Origin: Haliscomenobacter sp.
GTDB taxonomy: Bacteria > Bacteroidota > Bacteroidia > Chitinophagales > Saprospiraceae
Length of the DNA: 64,000 nucleotides
Assembly: GCF_041740695.1 (NCBI RefSeq)
Contig: NZ_JBGSLK010000006.1
Coordinates: 23,639 to 87,638, forward strand
Reading direction: 5' to 3'
The first letter of the stretch is position 1, and every line of letters begins with the position of its first letter. Made by a program: the position numbers and the translations under genes. This document shows, piece after piece, positions 36,244 to 47,559 of the stretch. Below the pieces are notes generated by a model. That model saw only the letters and a list, made by a program, of their open reading frames with translations. It was not told where the DNA came from and did no database searches.

Positions 36244-37666
36244 CAAGTATCGCATGGAAAGTAGAATAGCAGAAGCTCCAACTGCAGACAGTCCTGAAGG
36301 AGAGCCAGTTATTGTGAAGCTGAAACGCGGCTTCGATGTTCACTTGTACGGGGAAGCTCCCAAAAAAGTCCATTCCGAGGTATCCGTAAATCGATTTGCT
36401 GTTCAAGCACCCAATTACCTGGGCTTGGCACCTATGCCAAAACTAATGGTAGAGGAGGGGCAGCACGTTTTGGCGGGTGAGGCTTTGTTTTTTGACAAAA
36501 ATCGACCGGAAGTCCTTTTTGTTGCACCAGTGAGTGGCGAATTGATTGCCATCAACCGGGGTGAGCGGCGAGCGATTCAAGAGCTGGTGATTCTGGCGGA
36601 TAGAACCATCCAATACCGCACGTACGACAAAATTCCTAGCCTGGATAGTTCACGAGAAGAACTGTTTGCCTTTTTACAAGAAAGCGGCGCCTGGTCCCTG
36701 TTTCGTCAGCGACCGTATAATCTTCTGGCTGATCCTGATGCGGTGCCAAGGGATATTTTTATCTCCACTTTTGATACAGCCCCTTTGGCGCCCGACCTCA
36801 ATCTGGTGGTCAGTGGCCGCGAAGCTGCTTTTCAAAAAGGCCTGGACGTGCTGGTCAAACTGACCACGGGTAAAGTATACCTGGGCCTTGACGCCCGTGG
36901 CAACGCGGTATCCAGCGCTTTTAGTCAGGCAAGAGGGGTGCAAAAAATCGGGTTCAAAGGTAAACATCCGGCTGGAAATGTAGGGATTCAAATCCACCAC
37001 ATTCGCCCAATTCGCTCCAGAGAAAAGGTATGGACGCTGGGTGTACAGGAAGTGATCACACTGGGTACCTTGTTTCTGGAAGGTAAATACGATGCATCGC
37101 GGATCGTCGCTTTGACGGGTTCTGCGCTTGACAAACCTGCTTATGTGCGTACCTATGCAGGGGCGAATCTTGGTGACTTGCTGAAAAACCAGGGTGTTGC
37201 TGCAAATTCCCGCATCATTTCCGGGGATGTACTCTCTGGCAAAACCAAAACAGCCGAGCAGTTTTTGAATGTTTACGACGATCAAGTCAGCGTCATTCCA
37301 GAAGGAAATGATTATGAAATGTTTGGTTGGTTGGCACCAATGAGCGCGAGGCCCTCCACTTCTCGTACATTTTTTAGTGGTATTCTGCCCTTTGGCTGGA
37401 TTTACAATGCCACGACGAATACCCACGGTGAAAAGCGCGCCTTTGTTATGACAGGTCAGTATGAAGATGTGCTGCCGATGGACATTTTTCCTCAACACTT
37501 GTTGAAGGCCATCATTACCAACGACATTGAACGCATCGAAGGATTGGGCATTCACGAAGTGGTAGAAGAGGATTTGGCAATCTGCGAGTTCGCCTGTACT
37601 TCCAAACAACCCTTGCAAAAAATCCTACGCGAGGGCATTGACATGATGATTAAAGAAGGGCTATAG
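36244..37666 (+). CDS. nqrA: Na+-translocating NADH:quinone oxidoreductase subunit A
   Basis: 'VKLKRGFDV' at the N-terminus is typical of NqrA, and it is followed by nqrB through nqrF. The start is an internal ATG of the track ORF. Confidence 0.85.
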
Positions 37667-37668
37667 TC

Positions 37669-38931
37669 ATGAAAGAAAAAATAATCAGTCTTTTTAAACG
37701 TATGGAGCCGGACAAGGAGAAATCTCCACTGTTGCACACGGCCTACGATGCATTTTTTACTTTTGCTTTTGCACCCAATTCCGTTACCAAAGATGGCGTA
37801 CACATCCGCGATGGGATGGACCTCAAGCGGACGATGGTTATAGTGGTGATTGCCTTGCAACTCTGTTATCTCTGGGGCACCCTGAACATCGGGCACCAGC
37901 ATTTTGCGGCACTGGGATTGTACCAAAACCTGATTTTGGAAGGTTTTCACCTGAAGTTGTTCTACGGTTTGGTGCAATTGTTGCCGATCTGGATCGTGGC
38001 ACATGTGGTAGGTTTGGGCGTTGAGTTTTATTTTGCGGCGCGCAAAAAACATGCTGTGGAAGAAGGTTTCCTGGTTACAGGTGCCCTGATTCCCTTGATT
38101 ATGCCTCCTGATGTGCCGCTTTGGATTTTGGCTTTTTCCATCGTATTCGCCGTTATCATCGGCAAAGAAGCCTTTGGTGGAACCGGGATGAACGTGGTCA
38201 ATATTGCCTTGCTGGCGCGGGTATTTGTGTTTTTTGCCTACCCCGCTACCATTTCCGGCGATGAAGTATGGGTAGCTGGCCTGACCAAGGCTGGCCCTGG
38301 CGGCATGGCCGATTATGGCTGGATTCACCTCCAGGTACTCAATCCCATTTTTGAATCCTTTGGGTGGGATACCTTTAATCAAGGCTATGCCGTGGTGGAT
38401 GGGTATTCGGGGGCTACTCCGATGGCCCTGGCTGCTAAAGGCGGCTGGGCTGCGGTGATGGAGCATTACACGCCCGGGCAAATGTTCTGGGGGTTGATTC
38501 CCGGATCAATTGGAGAAACGAGCAAACCATTCATCATCATTGGTGCTTTGATGTTGATTGGAGCAGGCATTGCCAGTTGGCGCATCATGGTATCCATGAG
38601 TTTGGGTATGGTATTTATGGCCTTGATTTTCAACATGTGGGGTTACAATGCCTTCATGGAAATTCCTTGGTACTACCATTTTTCGATGGGCAGCTTTTTG
38701 TTTGCCATGGCTTTTATGGCCACTGATCCGGTCACTGCTGCTTCCACCAATCGAGGCAAGTGGATTTACGGCTTTCTGATTGGCGTCATTGGCCTGATCG
38801 TAAGGGTGATGAACCCGGCATATCCCGAGGGCTGGATGTTGGCCATCCTGCTGCTCAACGTATTTGCACCGCTGATCGATCATTTTGTATTGCAGTCCAA
38901 CATCAATAAACGAATGAAGCATGTACAGTAA
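37669..38931 (+). CDS. nqrB: Na+-NQR subunit B
   Basis: It is a polytopic membrane protein with the FMN-binding threonine region 'MATDPVTAASTNRG'. Confidence 0.9.
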   Translation: MKEKIISLFKRMEPDKEKSPLLHTAYDAFFTFAFAPNSVTKDGVHIRDGMDLKRTMVIVVIALQLCYLWGTLNIGHQHFAALGLYQNLILEGFHLKLFYGLVQLLPIWIVAHVVGLGVEFYFAARKKHAVEEGFLVTGALIPLIMPPDVPLWILAFSIVFAVIIGKEAFGGTGMNVVNIALLARVFVFFAYPATISGDEVWVAGLTKAGPGGMADYGWIHLQVLNPIFESFGWDTFNQGYAVVDGYSGATPMALAAKGGWAAVMEHYTPGQMFWGLIPGSIGETSKPFIIIGALMLIGAGIASWRIMVSMSLGMVFMALIFNMWGYNAFMEIPWYYHFSMGSFLFAMAFMATDPVTAASTNRGKWIYGFLIGVIGLIVRVMNPAYPEGWMLAILLLNVFAPLIDHFVLQSNINKRMKHVQ

Positions 38932-39634
38932 CCGCTATATCACGATCTATACCCTGATCATGACCCTGGTCGTATCGGTGGTACTCGCTTTTGCCGTTAC
39001 GGGCTTAAAACCTTTTCACGATGAGGCGGAAGCGATATATAAAAAGCGCGATATTCTGAGCGCGATTGAAAGCCAATTGCCCAAAAAGCTCAAAGATATG
39101 AGTGACGAGGAGGTGTTGAGCTTATTTGATTCCAAAGTCGAGCAGGTGGTGATCAATGCTGAAGGAGAGAGCCTGCAAGGCATTAGCGCCGAAAAAGTAG
39201 ACATGGCATCGGAAGAAAAGAAACCAGAAAATGAACGCAAGTATCCATTGTACATTTATCAAAGTGAGCAAGGTAAAATATACCTCGCTTCAGTACGTGG
39301 AAATGGGCTTTGGGATAAAATCTGGGCATATGTTGCCATCAAAGAAGACTTGAACACCATTGTTGGGACAGCATTTGGGCACGTCGGTGAAACACCTGGT
39401 TTGGGTGCAGAAATTAAAGACAATCCCAGTTTTCCTAAACAATTTGAAGGAAAAAAATTGTTGAATGATCAGGGTGAATACGTTTCGGTCAGAGTAGTAA
39501 AAGGTGGTGTAAAAGATCCGCTACATGAAGTAGACGCGATTTCGGGTGCCACCATTACCTCGGTTGGGGTTTCGGACATGATGGTTCGTGGCCTCGAAGT
39601 GTATCTCCCTTATTTGCAAGCGCAGAAAAAATAA
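38921..39634 (+). CDS. nqrC: Na+-NQR subunit C
   Basis: It has a single TM helix and the FMN-attachment motif 'DAISGATITS'. Confidence 0.85.
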   Translation: MYSNRYITIYTLIMTLVVSVVLAFAVTGLKPFHDEAEAIYKKRDILSAIESQLPKKLKDMSDEEVLSLFDSKVEQVVINAEGESLQGISAEKVDMASEEKKPENERKYPLYIYQSEQGKIYLASVRGNGLWDKIWAYVAIKEDLNTIVGTAFGHVGETPGLGAEIKDNPSFPKQFEGKKLLNDQGEYVSVRVVKGGVKDPLHEVDAISGATITSVGVSDMMVRGLEVYLPYLQAQKK

Positions 39635-39639
39635 ATTCC

Positions 39640-40341
39640 ATGGCAGAAACAACGACAACAACAGTAGAAAAAGAAAAGCTGGAGTGGTTTGGGCCCAAGG
39701 AGCGAAAGCTCGTTACTGACCCACTGGGAGATGACAATCCCATCACCGTTCAGGTTCTTGGTGTTTGTTCGGCCCTTGCGGTCACAACCATGCTCAAACC
39801 CGCTTTGATTATGGCCATAGCGGTGACTCTGGTAACAGGCTTTTCCAATCTGGTCATCTCCTCGCTGCGCAATGGTGTTCCGAAACAAATCCGGATGATT
39901 GTTCAATTGGTAGTGATTGCCTTTTTGGTAACCATCGTAGAACAAGTCCTGAAAGCCTACAGCTATCCCATTTGGAAGCAGTTATCGGTATTCATCGGAC
40001 TGATCATCACCAATTGTATTGTAATGGGGCGTTTGGAAGCATTTGCCATGGCCAATCCTCCCTGGCGTTCGTTTTTGGACGGATTGGGGAATGGCGCAGG
40101 CTATGGGTTGATCTTGATCGCAGTAGCTGCCATACGTGAGTTTTTTGGTCGGGGTGCGCTTTATGGCTACAAAATCCTGGGGGCTACCGATGAATTTTTG
40201 CTCAATACCAGCAAACATTGGTGGTTAAGCTGGTATCAGCCGAATGGCTTAATGGTCATTCCGGCATCGGCAATCTTTTTGGTTGGTATTTTTATTTGGA
40301 TTCAACGTTCGCGCAATCCAAAATTGGTTGACGCATCTTAA
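39640..40341 (+). CDS. nqrD: Na+-NQR subunit D
   Basis: Its membrane topology and the 'VLGVCSALAVTT' motif match the NqrD/RnfE family. Confidence 0.9.
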   Translation: MAETTTTTVEKEKLEWFGPKERKLVTDPLGDDNPITVQVLGVCSALAVTTMLKPALIMAIAVTLVTGFSNLVISSLRNGVPKQIRMIVQLVVIAFLVTIVEQVLKAYSYPIWKQLSVFIGLIITNCIVMGRLEAFAMANPPWRSFLDGLGNGAGYGLILIAVAAIREFFGRGALYGYKILGATDEFLLNTSKHWWLSWYQPNGLMVIPASAIFLVGIFIWIQRSRNPKLVDAS

Positions 40342-40352
40342 ATTGATATACA

Positions 40353-40961
40353 ATGGACAATCTGCTGAATGTCTTTATCAAGTCCGCCTTTATCGAAAAC
40401 ATGGTACTATCCTACTTTCTGGGGATGTGTTCCTTCTTGGCGGTATCCAAATCTGTAAAAACGGCCATCGGCCTGGGTGCAGCGGTTATTTTTGTGTTGG
40501 CGCTTACGGTACCCATCAACTGGGTGATCAGCGAATTTGTGCTGGGGCCAAACGGTATTTTTAAAACCGACCTGACCTTTTTGCGCTTTATCCTATTCAT
40601 TGCCAGCATTGCCGCTTCGGTGCAATTGGTGGAAATGGCCGTAGAGAAATATTCGCCGTCTCTGTACAATGCCTTGGGGATATTTCTACCCCTGATCACG
40701 GTAAACTGTGCCATCCTCGGAGGAGCACTGTTCATGGTGGCACGCGAGTACAATTTTAGCGAAGCGGTGGTGTACGGTATTGGTTCTGGCTTTGGATGGG
40801 CTTTGGCGATTGTAGCCATGGCGGCCATTCGGGAAAAAATCCGTTACTCCAACGTGCCTGCACCACTGCGGGGCCTGGGGATTGCGTTCATCCTGACTGG
40901 TTTAATGGGGATGGCTTTTATGGCACTGATGGGGATTAACCCGGCAACGTATATGCAATAA
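40353..40961 (+). CDS. nqrE: Na+-NQR subunit E
   Basis: '[11 protein letters not shown]' matches the NqrE/RnfA family. Confidence 0.9.
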   Translation: MDNLLNVFIKSAFIENMVLSYFLGMCSFLAVSKSVKTAIGLGAAVIFVLALTVPINWVISEFVLGPNGIFKTDLTFLRFILFIASIAASVQLVEMAVEKYSPSLYNALGIFLPLITVNCAILGGALFMVAREYNFSEAVVYGIGSGFGWALAIVAMAAIREKIRYSNVPAPLRGLGIAFILTGLMGMAFMALMGINPATYMQ

Positions 40962-41044
40962 GCTTTCAGCTGTCAGGAATCAGCTTTCAGCAATAAGCTG
41001 TCAGCAGTGAGCAATCCGCATGTAACCTTCAAATTTTTACAAAA

Positions 41045-42337
41045 ATGATCTTACTTTTCGATATACTACCGATTGTTTACGGCGCCATTGCTTTTACTGC
41101 CGTGATTATGTTGCTGACTTTTGGGTTGATTTATGCTCAAATGAAGTTGGTGCCGCAGGGGAATGTCAAAATCATCATCAATGGTGATGACGAAAATCCG
41201 GTTTTGGTTTCACCGGGTTCCTCCTTGTTGTCTACTTTATCGAACCAAAACCTCTTTTTACCTTCGGCGTGTGGAGGTGGAGGCACTTGTGCCATGTGCA
41301 AATGTTGGGTAGACGATGGTGGGGGCGACGTATTGTCGACTGAACTCAACCACCTTTCGCGGCGGGAAGTAGCGGAACACAAACGGTTGGCTTGCCAAGT
41401 GAAAGTGCGGCAGGATATGAAAATCCGGGTACCAGAAGAGGTATTTGGCATCAAAAAATGGGAGTGTGAGGTGGTTTCCAATTACAATGTGGCCACTTTT
41501 ATCAAGGAGTTTGTGGTGAAATTGCCCGAGGGGGAACACCTGGAGTTCGAATCGGGTGGTTACATCCAAATTGACGTGCCGGAGATAGAGTGTGACTTCA
41601 AAGACATGGACATCACCGCGCATCCACGTTTGACCGACCGCGCCCCGGATTGTTACCAGCCGGATTGGGACAAGTTCAAATTGTGGGACTTAAAAATGAA
41701 GAACCCCGAGGAGCAATTCCGGGCGTATTCCATGGCCAACCACCCTGCGGAAGGCAACATCATCATGCTCAACATCCGGATTGCCACACCACCCTGGGAT
41801 AGGGCTGCCAACAATTGGATGAAAGTCAACCCGGGGGTTTGTTCTTCTTATACGTTTACCCGCAACCCAGGGGATAAAGTGATGGTGTCGGGCCCTTACG
41901 GTGAATTCCACATCAAACCGACCAAAAAGGAAATGGTGTACATTGGTGGTGGTGCGGGTATGGCACCACTGCGTTCGCACATTTTCCATATGTTCCACAC
42001 CGAAAAAATGCGGGATCGGAAAGTGTCGTTCTGGTATGGTGGCCGTTCAGGTAAGGAATTGTTTTACCAGGATGATTTTGAAGCTATTGAGAAGGAGTTT
42101 GACAATTTCAAATTCAATATCGCCTTGTCGGAACCACTTCCTGATGAAAACTGGACGGGGTACAAGGGCTTCATTCACCAGGTATTGTTCGAAAACTACC
42201 TGAAGAATCACCCCGAACCTGAAGAGATTGAATACTACATCTGCGGCCCACCCATGATGCTTTCAGCAGTGGAAAAGATGCTGGGGGATTTAGGCGTTCC
42301 GGATGAGAACATTGCATATGATGATTTTGGAGGGTAG
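41045..42337 (+). CDS. nqrF: Na+-NQR subunit F (2Fe-2S ferredoxin + FAD/NADH-binding reductase)
   Basis: It has an N-terminal TM helix. The 2Fe-2S cysteines are '[12 protein letters not shown]'. The FAD motif is 'RAYSMAN'. The NAD motif is 'GGGAGMAP'. Confidence 0.9.
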   Translation: MILLFDILPIVYGAIAFTAVIMLLTFGLIYAQMKLVPQGNVKIIINGDDENPVLVSPGSSLLSTLSNQNLFLPSACGGGGTCAMCKCWVDDGGGDVLSTELNHLSRREVAEHKRLACQVKVRQDMKIRVPEEVFGIKKWECEVVSNYNVATFIKEFVVKLPEGEHLEFESGGYIQIDVPEIECDFKDMDITAHPRLTDRAPDCYQPDWDKFKLWDLKMKNPEEQFRAYSMANHPAEGNIIMLNIRIATPPWDRAANNWMKVNPGVCSSYTFTRNPGDKVMVSGPYGEFHIKPTKKEMVYIGGGAGMAPLRSHIFHMFHTEKMRDRKVSFWYGGRSGKELFYQDDFEAIEKEFDNFKFNIALSEPLPDENWTGYKGFIHQVLFENYLKNHPEPEEIEYYICGPPMMLSAVEKMLGDLGVPDENIAYDDFGG

Positions 42338-42375
42338 GAGCGACTAAAGCGACTTATTTTCACAAAGAACACAGA

Positions 42376-42450
42376 GGCAGCACAAAGGGCACAAAGTTAG
42401 ACGTTGACGGCGTTTTGTTGGGTGTTCTTGGTGCTGCCTTTTTTATTTGG
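42376..42450 (+). terminator. probable intrinsic terminator after nqrF (AGGCAGCAC ... GTGCTGCCT then TTTTTTATTT)
   Basis: I read it directly. The large loop may carry internal structure. Confidence 0.45.
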
Positions 42451-42764
42451 GCTAGATTACCACTTTCTGCCTATGAAATGTTACAAGGAATTAACACTAA
42501 TATGCCCTCTTTTTAATGTCGCGAATCAGGTAAACGGTGAAAAAAAGATAGCAAAACTATGATATGAAGTACTTAAGTTGCATATTTGTGTCGTATTTTT
42601 AAAGCCGACTAAAATCAAAGTCCAACCTACACTGCCATCAGACTGCCCCAAGTCAAGAAAAACGGCAAAAATCTGTATGCTTGTATTTTCCCAAAACCTA
42701 GAATGGTCTGTCGCAGCACAGACTGTACCTGCGACTGTTATTTTATCAACCAAATAAATCATTT

Positions 42765-45700
42765 ATGAAGCTTTTGCATTTTACACTCACAGGAATGCTG
42801 TTGCTCGTAGGGCTTTGCCTGGGGGCACAGACCACAGTTCGAGGGGTCATTACCTCGATTAAAGGTGGTGAGCCGCTTATTGGGGCCACCGTTGTAATCA
42901 AAGGCACTGCAGTAGGTACGACTACTGATGTTGATGGAAAGTTTGAGTTGCAAGCTGACCCATCCAAAGATGTCCTTTTACTGAGCTACACGGGCTTCAC
43001 TTCTCAGGAGATTGCATTGAATGGTCGCACAACGGTTGACCTTCAGATGGAAGAATCCATTGCGCTCTTGGGCGAAGTCATCGTAACTGCTTTTGGAGAA
43101 TCTACCCGTGAAAAATTTACGGGTTCAGCGGCTACAGTAACTGCTGAACAAATCGCCAGACGGCCCATTACCAACGTTGGTCAGGCTATTGCAGGAGCAG
43201 GATCCGGGGTGCAAGCCACCATCGGGAGTGGCGCTCCAGGTTCAACGCCTGCGATTCGTATCCGTGGTTTTGGTTCAGTATCAGCATCCAATGCTCCATT
43301 GTATGTAGTAGATGGGATTCCTTACGATGCGGCTATTTCCAACCTCAATCCGGACGATATTGAAAACATCACGATCCTGAAGGATGCTGCTTCTACTTCA
43401 TTGTACGGGTCCAGAGCTGCCAACGGTGTGGTGATGATCACCACCAAAAAAGGCACCAAGGGTCAGGGTCAGATCAGCCTGAAGTACACTCGGGGTACTT
43501 CTCAGCGTGGTTTGCCAGAATACGACCGTTTGAACGCGGCTCAATATTATCCCTACATGTGGGAATCTTACCGCAACAGTTTGATGTCGCGTACCGCAAG
43601 TCCACTTTCGTTGGAAGCAGCCAGTACCAATGCCTCTGCCAACATCGTAGGACTCTTGGGTTACAATGCCTACAATGTACCAGCTGCTGATTTGGTGAGC
43701 ACTGCCGGAGTCTTGAACCCCAATGCACAATTGGTCTTCAGAGAAGAAGACCTCAACTGGGAAACTCCCCTTACGCGCGCAGGGCAACGTGACGAGGTCA
43801 ACCTTAACTTCAGTGGCGGCGATGACCGCAGTAACTTTTATGCTTCTTTTGCCTATTTGAACGACAAGGGCTTCTTGATTCGTTCCGATTTTGAGCGTTA
43901 CAGTGCACGTTTACAATTCAATACCCGTTTGAAGTCCTGGTTTTCGACTGGGGTGAATATTTCCTACACCAACTCTACTGCTAATCAGGATGACGCGGGT
44001 GGGAACACTTCATTTGTAAACCCCTTCTTTTTTTCCAGAGGGATGGGGCCAATCTATCCAGTTTATGCGTATGATCCCAATAATCCAGGAGAGTATCTGC
44101 TCGATGGCAATGGTCAGCGGCAGTACGACTTTGGTAACTTGAATGCGCTGGGTTTGCCTAACCGCCCTCAGTACGGTGGCCGCCATGCGGTTGCGGAAAC
44201 CGAACTGAACCAAAACTTCTTCCGTCGGAACCTCTTCAGTGGCCGTACTTACGGTGAAGTTTCTTTCTTGAAAGATTTCAAGTTTAGAGTCAATGTAGGT
44301 GCGGATTACGTCAACGTCAACGACAATACCTTTGGTAACCCAATCATTGGAGACGGTGCACCTGCGGGTCGGGCTACGGTAGAATTTACCAACCAATTGA
44401 CCCTGAACCTGAACCAGCAACTGACCTACAAGAAGAAGTTTGGAGAACACAATATTGATGTATTGTTGGGTCACGAGAATTACGATTACCGTACCAACTT
44501 CTTGACGGGTTCACGCTCACAATTGATCCTGGATGGTAACATTGAATTGGTCAACTTTACGACCACGACTAACCTGAACTCGGGGGCTGATTTCAACCGC
44601 CAGGAAGGCTACTTCTCTCGGGTTAACTACGACTACAAGAACAAGTACTTCGTTACCCTTTCGGCTCGCCGTGATGCGAGCAGTCGTTTTCAACAAGAAG
44701 TGCGTTGGGGTACCTTCTTTGGGGTCAGTGGCGCCTGGCAGTTGCACCAGGAGGAATTCCTGAAAGGCTCTTCATTGATCAACAATCTGAAGCTGCGTGG
44801 TTCTTATGGCCAAACGGGTAACAATGCCGGGATTGGTTTCTACGCTTGGCAGCCATTGTACAACCTGGGCTGGAACAACGCTGGCGAGGCTGGTATTTTA
44901 CAGGGTAGCTTGGGGAACCGCGGCCTGTCATGGGAGTCAAACAACCAGTTTGACCTGGCTTTGGAATTCGGCATCCTGAAAAACCGCATTGCGGGTACTT
45001 TTGAATACTTCAACCGCCAGTCGGATGATTTGTTGTTTGCCGTTCCACTACCAGTTTCAACGGGTACTGCATCACAAACCCGCAACATCGGGGCCATGTA
45101 CAACCGGGGCTTGGAATTGGAACTGAACCTCACGCCGGTACAAACCCGCGACTTTACCTGGGAAATCAACTTTAATGCTACCCGTTATCAGAACAAAATT
45201 ACCCGGATGCCGGAGAGCAATAAGGAGATCATTTCTGGAACCAAAAAACTCCAGGTCGGCAGTTCTTTGTTTGACTTCTGGTTGAGAGAGTGGGTAGGGG
45301 TTAATCCTGAAAACGGCAACGCAGAATACCGCGCCAATGCTTTCGTTGCTTCTAACTCACGGATCACCGAAGATGGTGATACCTTGACAACGACTTTGAA
45401 CAACGCACGTTTCCGTTACAATGGCTCCGCTATTCCTGACTTTAGTGGGGGTCTTACGAACACCTTTGAATTCAAAGGTTTCACTTTGTCCGTATTGTTC
45501 ATTTATCAGGTCGGTGGTTTGATTTACGATGGTGCCTACCAAGGCTTGATGAACTCTTCTGGGTATGGTGCTTCCAAGCATGTGGATGTGCTGAATCGTT
45601 GGCAAAAACCTGGGGACATTACCGATGTTCCTCGGGCAGACTTGGGCCGTTCGGTTGATCATGATGGAACTTCCGATCGCTGGTTGACTGATGCAACTTC

Positions 45701-45917
45701 CTTGAACTTGCGGAACGTTTCCCTGACTTACAGCTTGCCTGCAAGCCTGACTAAAAAAGTGAAAATCCAGGGTGCACAAATTTTTGTGACTGGTGAAAAC
45801 CTCGCTTTGTGGAACAAACGCAAAGGTATGGATGGCTTGGGTAGCTTTGAAGGCGTTACTGCCAACACTTATTCTTTCTACCGCAACTTTGTCGGTGGGA
45901 TTAACTTAACCTTCTAA
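42765..45917 (+). CDS. SusC/RagA-family TonB-dependent outer-membrane receptor
   Basis: It has a signal peptide and the carboxypeptidase-regulatory-like N-terminal domain 'VRGVITSIKGGEPLIGATVVIKGT'. The TonB plug motif is 'ITILKDAASTSLYGSRAANGVVMITTKKG'. It is 1050 aa and ends in a C-terminal Phe. Confidence 0.9.
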   Translation: MKLLHFTLTGMLLLVGLCLGAQTTVRGVITSIKGGEPLIGATVVIKGTAVGTTTDVDGKFELQADPSKDVLLLSYTGFTSQEIALNGRTTVDLQMEESIALLGEVIVTAFGESTREKFTGSAATVTAEQIARRPITNVGQAIAGAGSGVQATIGSGAPGSTPAIRIRGFGSVSASNAPLYVVDGIPYDAAISNLNPDDIENITILKDAASTSLYGSRAANGVVMITTKKGTKGQGQISLKYTRGTSQRGLPEYDRLNAAQYYPYMWESYRNSLMSRTASPLSLEAASTNASANIVGLLGYNAYNVPAADLVSTAGVLNPNAQLVFREEDLNWETPLTRAGQRDEVNLNFSGGDDRSNFYASFAYLNDKGFLIRSDFERYSARLQFNTRLKSWFSTGVNISYTNSTANQDDAGGNTSFVNPFFFSRGMGPIYPVYAYDPNNPGEYLLDGNGQRQYDFGNLNALGLPNRPQYGGRHAVAETELNQNFFRRNLFSGRTYGEVSFLKDFKFRVNVGADYVNVNDNTFGNPIIGDGAPAGRATVEFTNQLTLNLNQQLTYKKKFGEHNIDVLLGHENYDYRTNFLTGSRSQLILDGNIELVNFTTTTNLNSGADFNRQEGYFSRVNYDYKNKYFVTLSARRDASSRFQQEVRWGTFFGVSGAWQLHQEEFLKGSSLINNLKLRGSYGQTGNNAGIGFYAWQPLYNLGWNNAGEAGILQGSLGNRGLSWESNNQFDLALEFGILKNRIAGTFEYFNRQSDDLLFAVPLPVSTGTASQTRNIGAMYNRGLELELNLTPVQTRDFTWEINFNATRYQNKITRMPESNKEIISGTKKLQVGSSLFDFWLREWVGVNPENGNAEYRANAFVASNSRITEDGDTLTTTLNNARFRYNGSAIPDFSGGLTNTFEFKGFTLSVLFIYQVGGLIYDGAYQGLMNSSGYGASKHVDVLNRWQKPGDITDVPRADLGRSVDHDGTSDRWLTDATSLNLRNVSLTYSLPASLTKKVKIQGAQIFVTGENLALWNKRKGMDGLGSFEGVTANTYSFYRNFVGGINLTF

Positions 45918-45928
45918 AAACAACAACC

Positions 45929-47413
45929 ATGATGAAGTATAAATTTCTAATCTTATCTATTTTGACCTTGGGCCTGAGCTTGAGCTCATGTGAGAAAGAT
46001 TATCTCAATACTACGCCAACTGGTAGTGTAGATGCCGGTTCGGCCTACGCTACAACCAAAAACGCCAAAGCTGCAATCAATGGCATTTATCGCTCGATGA
46101 TGGTGCGTTATCGGGGCTCACAGGGCCATTCAGGCTTCCCAGCCTTGATGATCATCAACGATGTAATGGGGGAAGACCTGGTTTTTGCCAATGCCTCCAA
46201 TGGCTGGCATTTTGGGGAGCAGCGTTGGTTGTCGCACCGGAGCGATGTGGGTACCATGGCTTTATTCCCTTACGAAATGTTTTACCGCTTCATTGCCAAT
46301 GCTAACGTGGCCATTGCGAATATTGATAATGCAGTAGGTTTGCCTGCTGAGCGGGATCAATTAAAAGGAGAGGCTCTGGCTTTTCGTGGGTTTTCTTACT
46401 TCTATTTGGTACAATACTATGGCAAGCGTTATGATGCGAGTGCCAAACCGAACAGCGGACTAGGTGTACCATTGGTTTTGGAGCCAACTCAAGAAGGTTT
46501 GCCTCGTTCTACCGTGGAAGAAGTTTACGCCCAAATCAATACGGATTTAGAAGCTGCGGCTGCACTGCTTACTACCGCTCGTTCTGCAAAATCACACTTC
46601 AACAAAAATGTATTGAGAGGTATTCAGGCTCGGGTTGCATTGGCACAGCAAGATTGGGCCAAAGCTGCAACATTTGCGGCTGAAGCGCGTCAAGGGTTCA
46701 CCTTGATGTCGATCGCTCAATACCAGGATGGTTTTGCCGATGTTTCGAACCCAGAATGGATGTGGGGATTTGACCACCTGGAAGATCAATCGGAGTTCTT
46801 TGGTGGCTACCACAGCTACATTTCTTGTAACTACAACGCTTCTGTGATTCGTCAAACGCCAAAGACGATCAATAAATTGATTTATGACTTGATTCCAGCG
46901 ACGGATGTACGGGCCAAAATGTGGGTGAAAGCACCAACTGCTGCCAACGCAATTACCCCGCCAGGAGGAGTTAGAGCACCTTACATGGTACAAAAATTCC
47001 GCTTGCCCGGTACCCCAAGTACCAGTGTCATGGGTGATGTACCTTTCATGCGTGCGGGAGAGATGTACTTGATCGAAGCAGAGGCTAAAGCAAAATCAGG
47101 TGATGATGCGGGTGCTGCCAAAGCTTTGTTTGACATGGTGAGCAAGCGCGACCCTTCCTATGTACTGTCCACTAAAACCGGAGCAGAGTTGCTGGATGAG
47201 ATTTATTTCAACCGCCGTATTGAGCTCTGGGGTGAAGGTCACCGTTGGCTGGATCTGAAGCGTTTGAACCTGCCGCTGGACCGCAATGGGATTGGCCACT
47301 TGCCCGCAGTTGCCCAACTTTTTGAGGTTCCTGCTGGTGATGTGCGTTGGGAGTATTTGCTTCCTCGTGCAGAATTGGATGCCAATAAGGCAGCGGTACA
47401 GAATCCGTTGTAA
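45929..47413 (+). CDS. SusD/RagB-family nutrient-binding outer-membrane lipoprotein
   Basis: It lies immediately downstream of SusC. It has a lipoprotein signal ('LSLSSCEKD'), and 'RGFSYFYLVQYYG' is SusD-like TPR packing. Confidence 0.85.
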   Translation: MMKYKFLILSILTLGLSLSSCEKDYLNTTPTGSVDAGSAYATTKNAKAAINGIYRSMMVRYRGSQGHSGFPALMIINDVMGEDLVFANASNGWHFGEQRWLSHRSDVGTMALFPYEMFYRFIANANVAIANIDNAVGLPAERDQLKGEALAFRGFSYFYLVQYYGKRYDASAKPNSGLGVPLVLEPTQEGLPRSTVEEVYAQINTDLEAAAALLTTARSAKSHFNKNVLRGIQARVALAQQDWAKAATFAAEARQGFTLMSIAQYQDGFADVSNPEWMWGFDHLEDQSEFFGGYHSYISCNYNASVIRQTPKTINKLIYDLIPATDVRAKMWVKAPTAANAITPPGGVRAPYMVQKFRLPGTPSTSVMGDVPFMRAGEMYLIEAEAKAKSGDDAGAAKALFDMVSKRDPSYVLSTKTGAELLDEIYFNRRIELWGEGHRWLDLKRLNLPLDRNGIGHLPAVAQLFEVPAGDVRWEYLLPRAELDANKAAVQNPL

Positions 47414-47480
47414 GAAGTTTAACTATTCTCCTGGTATTCCTGGATTGACTAATCATAGTTGATCCAGGAATACCATTACG

Positions 47481-47516
47481 AAAAAAGCCAGACTGAACAT
47501 TCAGCCTGGCTTTTTT
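47481..47516. terminator. bidirectional intrinsic terminator (A6-GCCAGACTGAA..TTCAGCCTGGC-T6) between convergent genes
   Basis: I read it directly. An additional 14-bp inverted repeat (TGGTATTCCTGGAT/ATCCAGGAATACCA) lies at 47432-47475. Confidence 0.65.
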
Positions 47517-47559
47517 CGTTTATAACCCGAGGATCAATTGCATTTGATTCCAGTCAAAA

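Noticed and set aside
36674-38481. Minus-strand ORFs of 314 and 309 aa overlapping nqrA and nqrB
   Set aside because: They are antisense to strongly conserved Na+-NQR subunits, and their translations are featureless. They are shadow ORFs.
30970-42384. Shared 'AACACAGAGGC(T/A)GC' motif in the terminator regions after the flotillin gene (30974-30990) and after nqrF (42367-42384)
   Set aside because: The shared stretch is only 13-14 nt within GC-rich terminator stems. It could be chance convergence, and there is not enough evidence for a repeat family.
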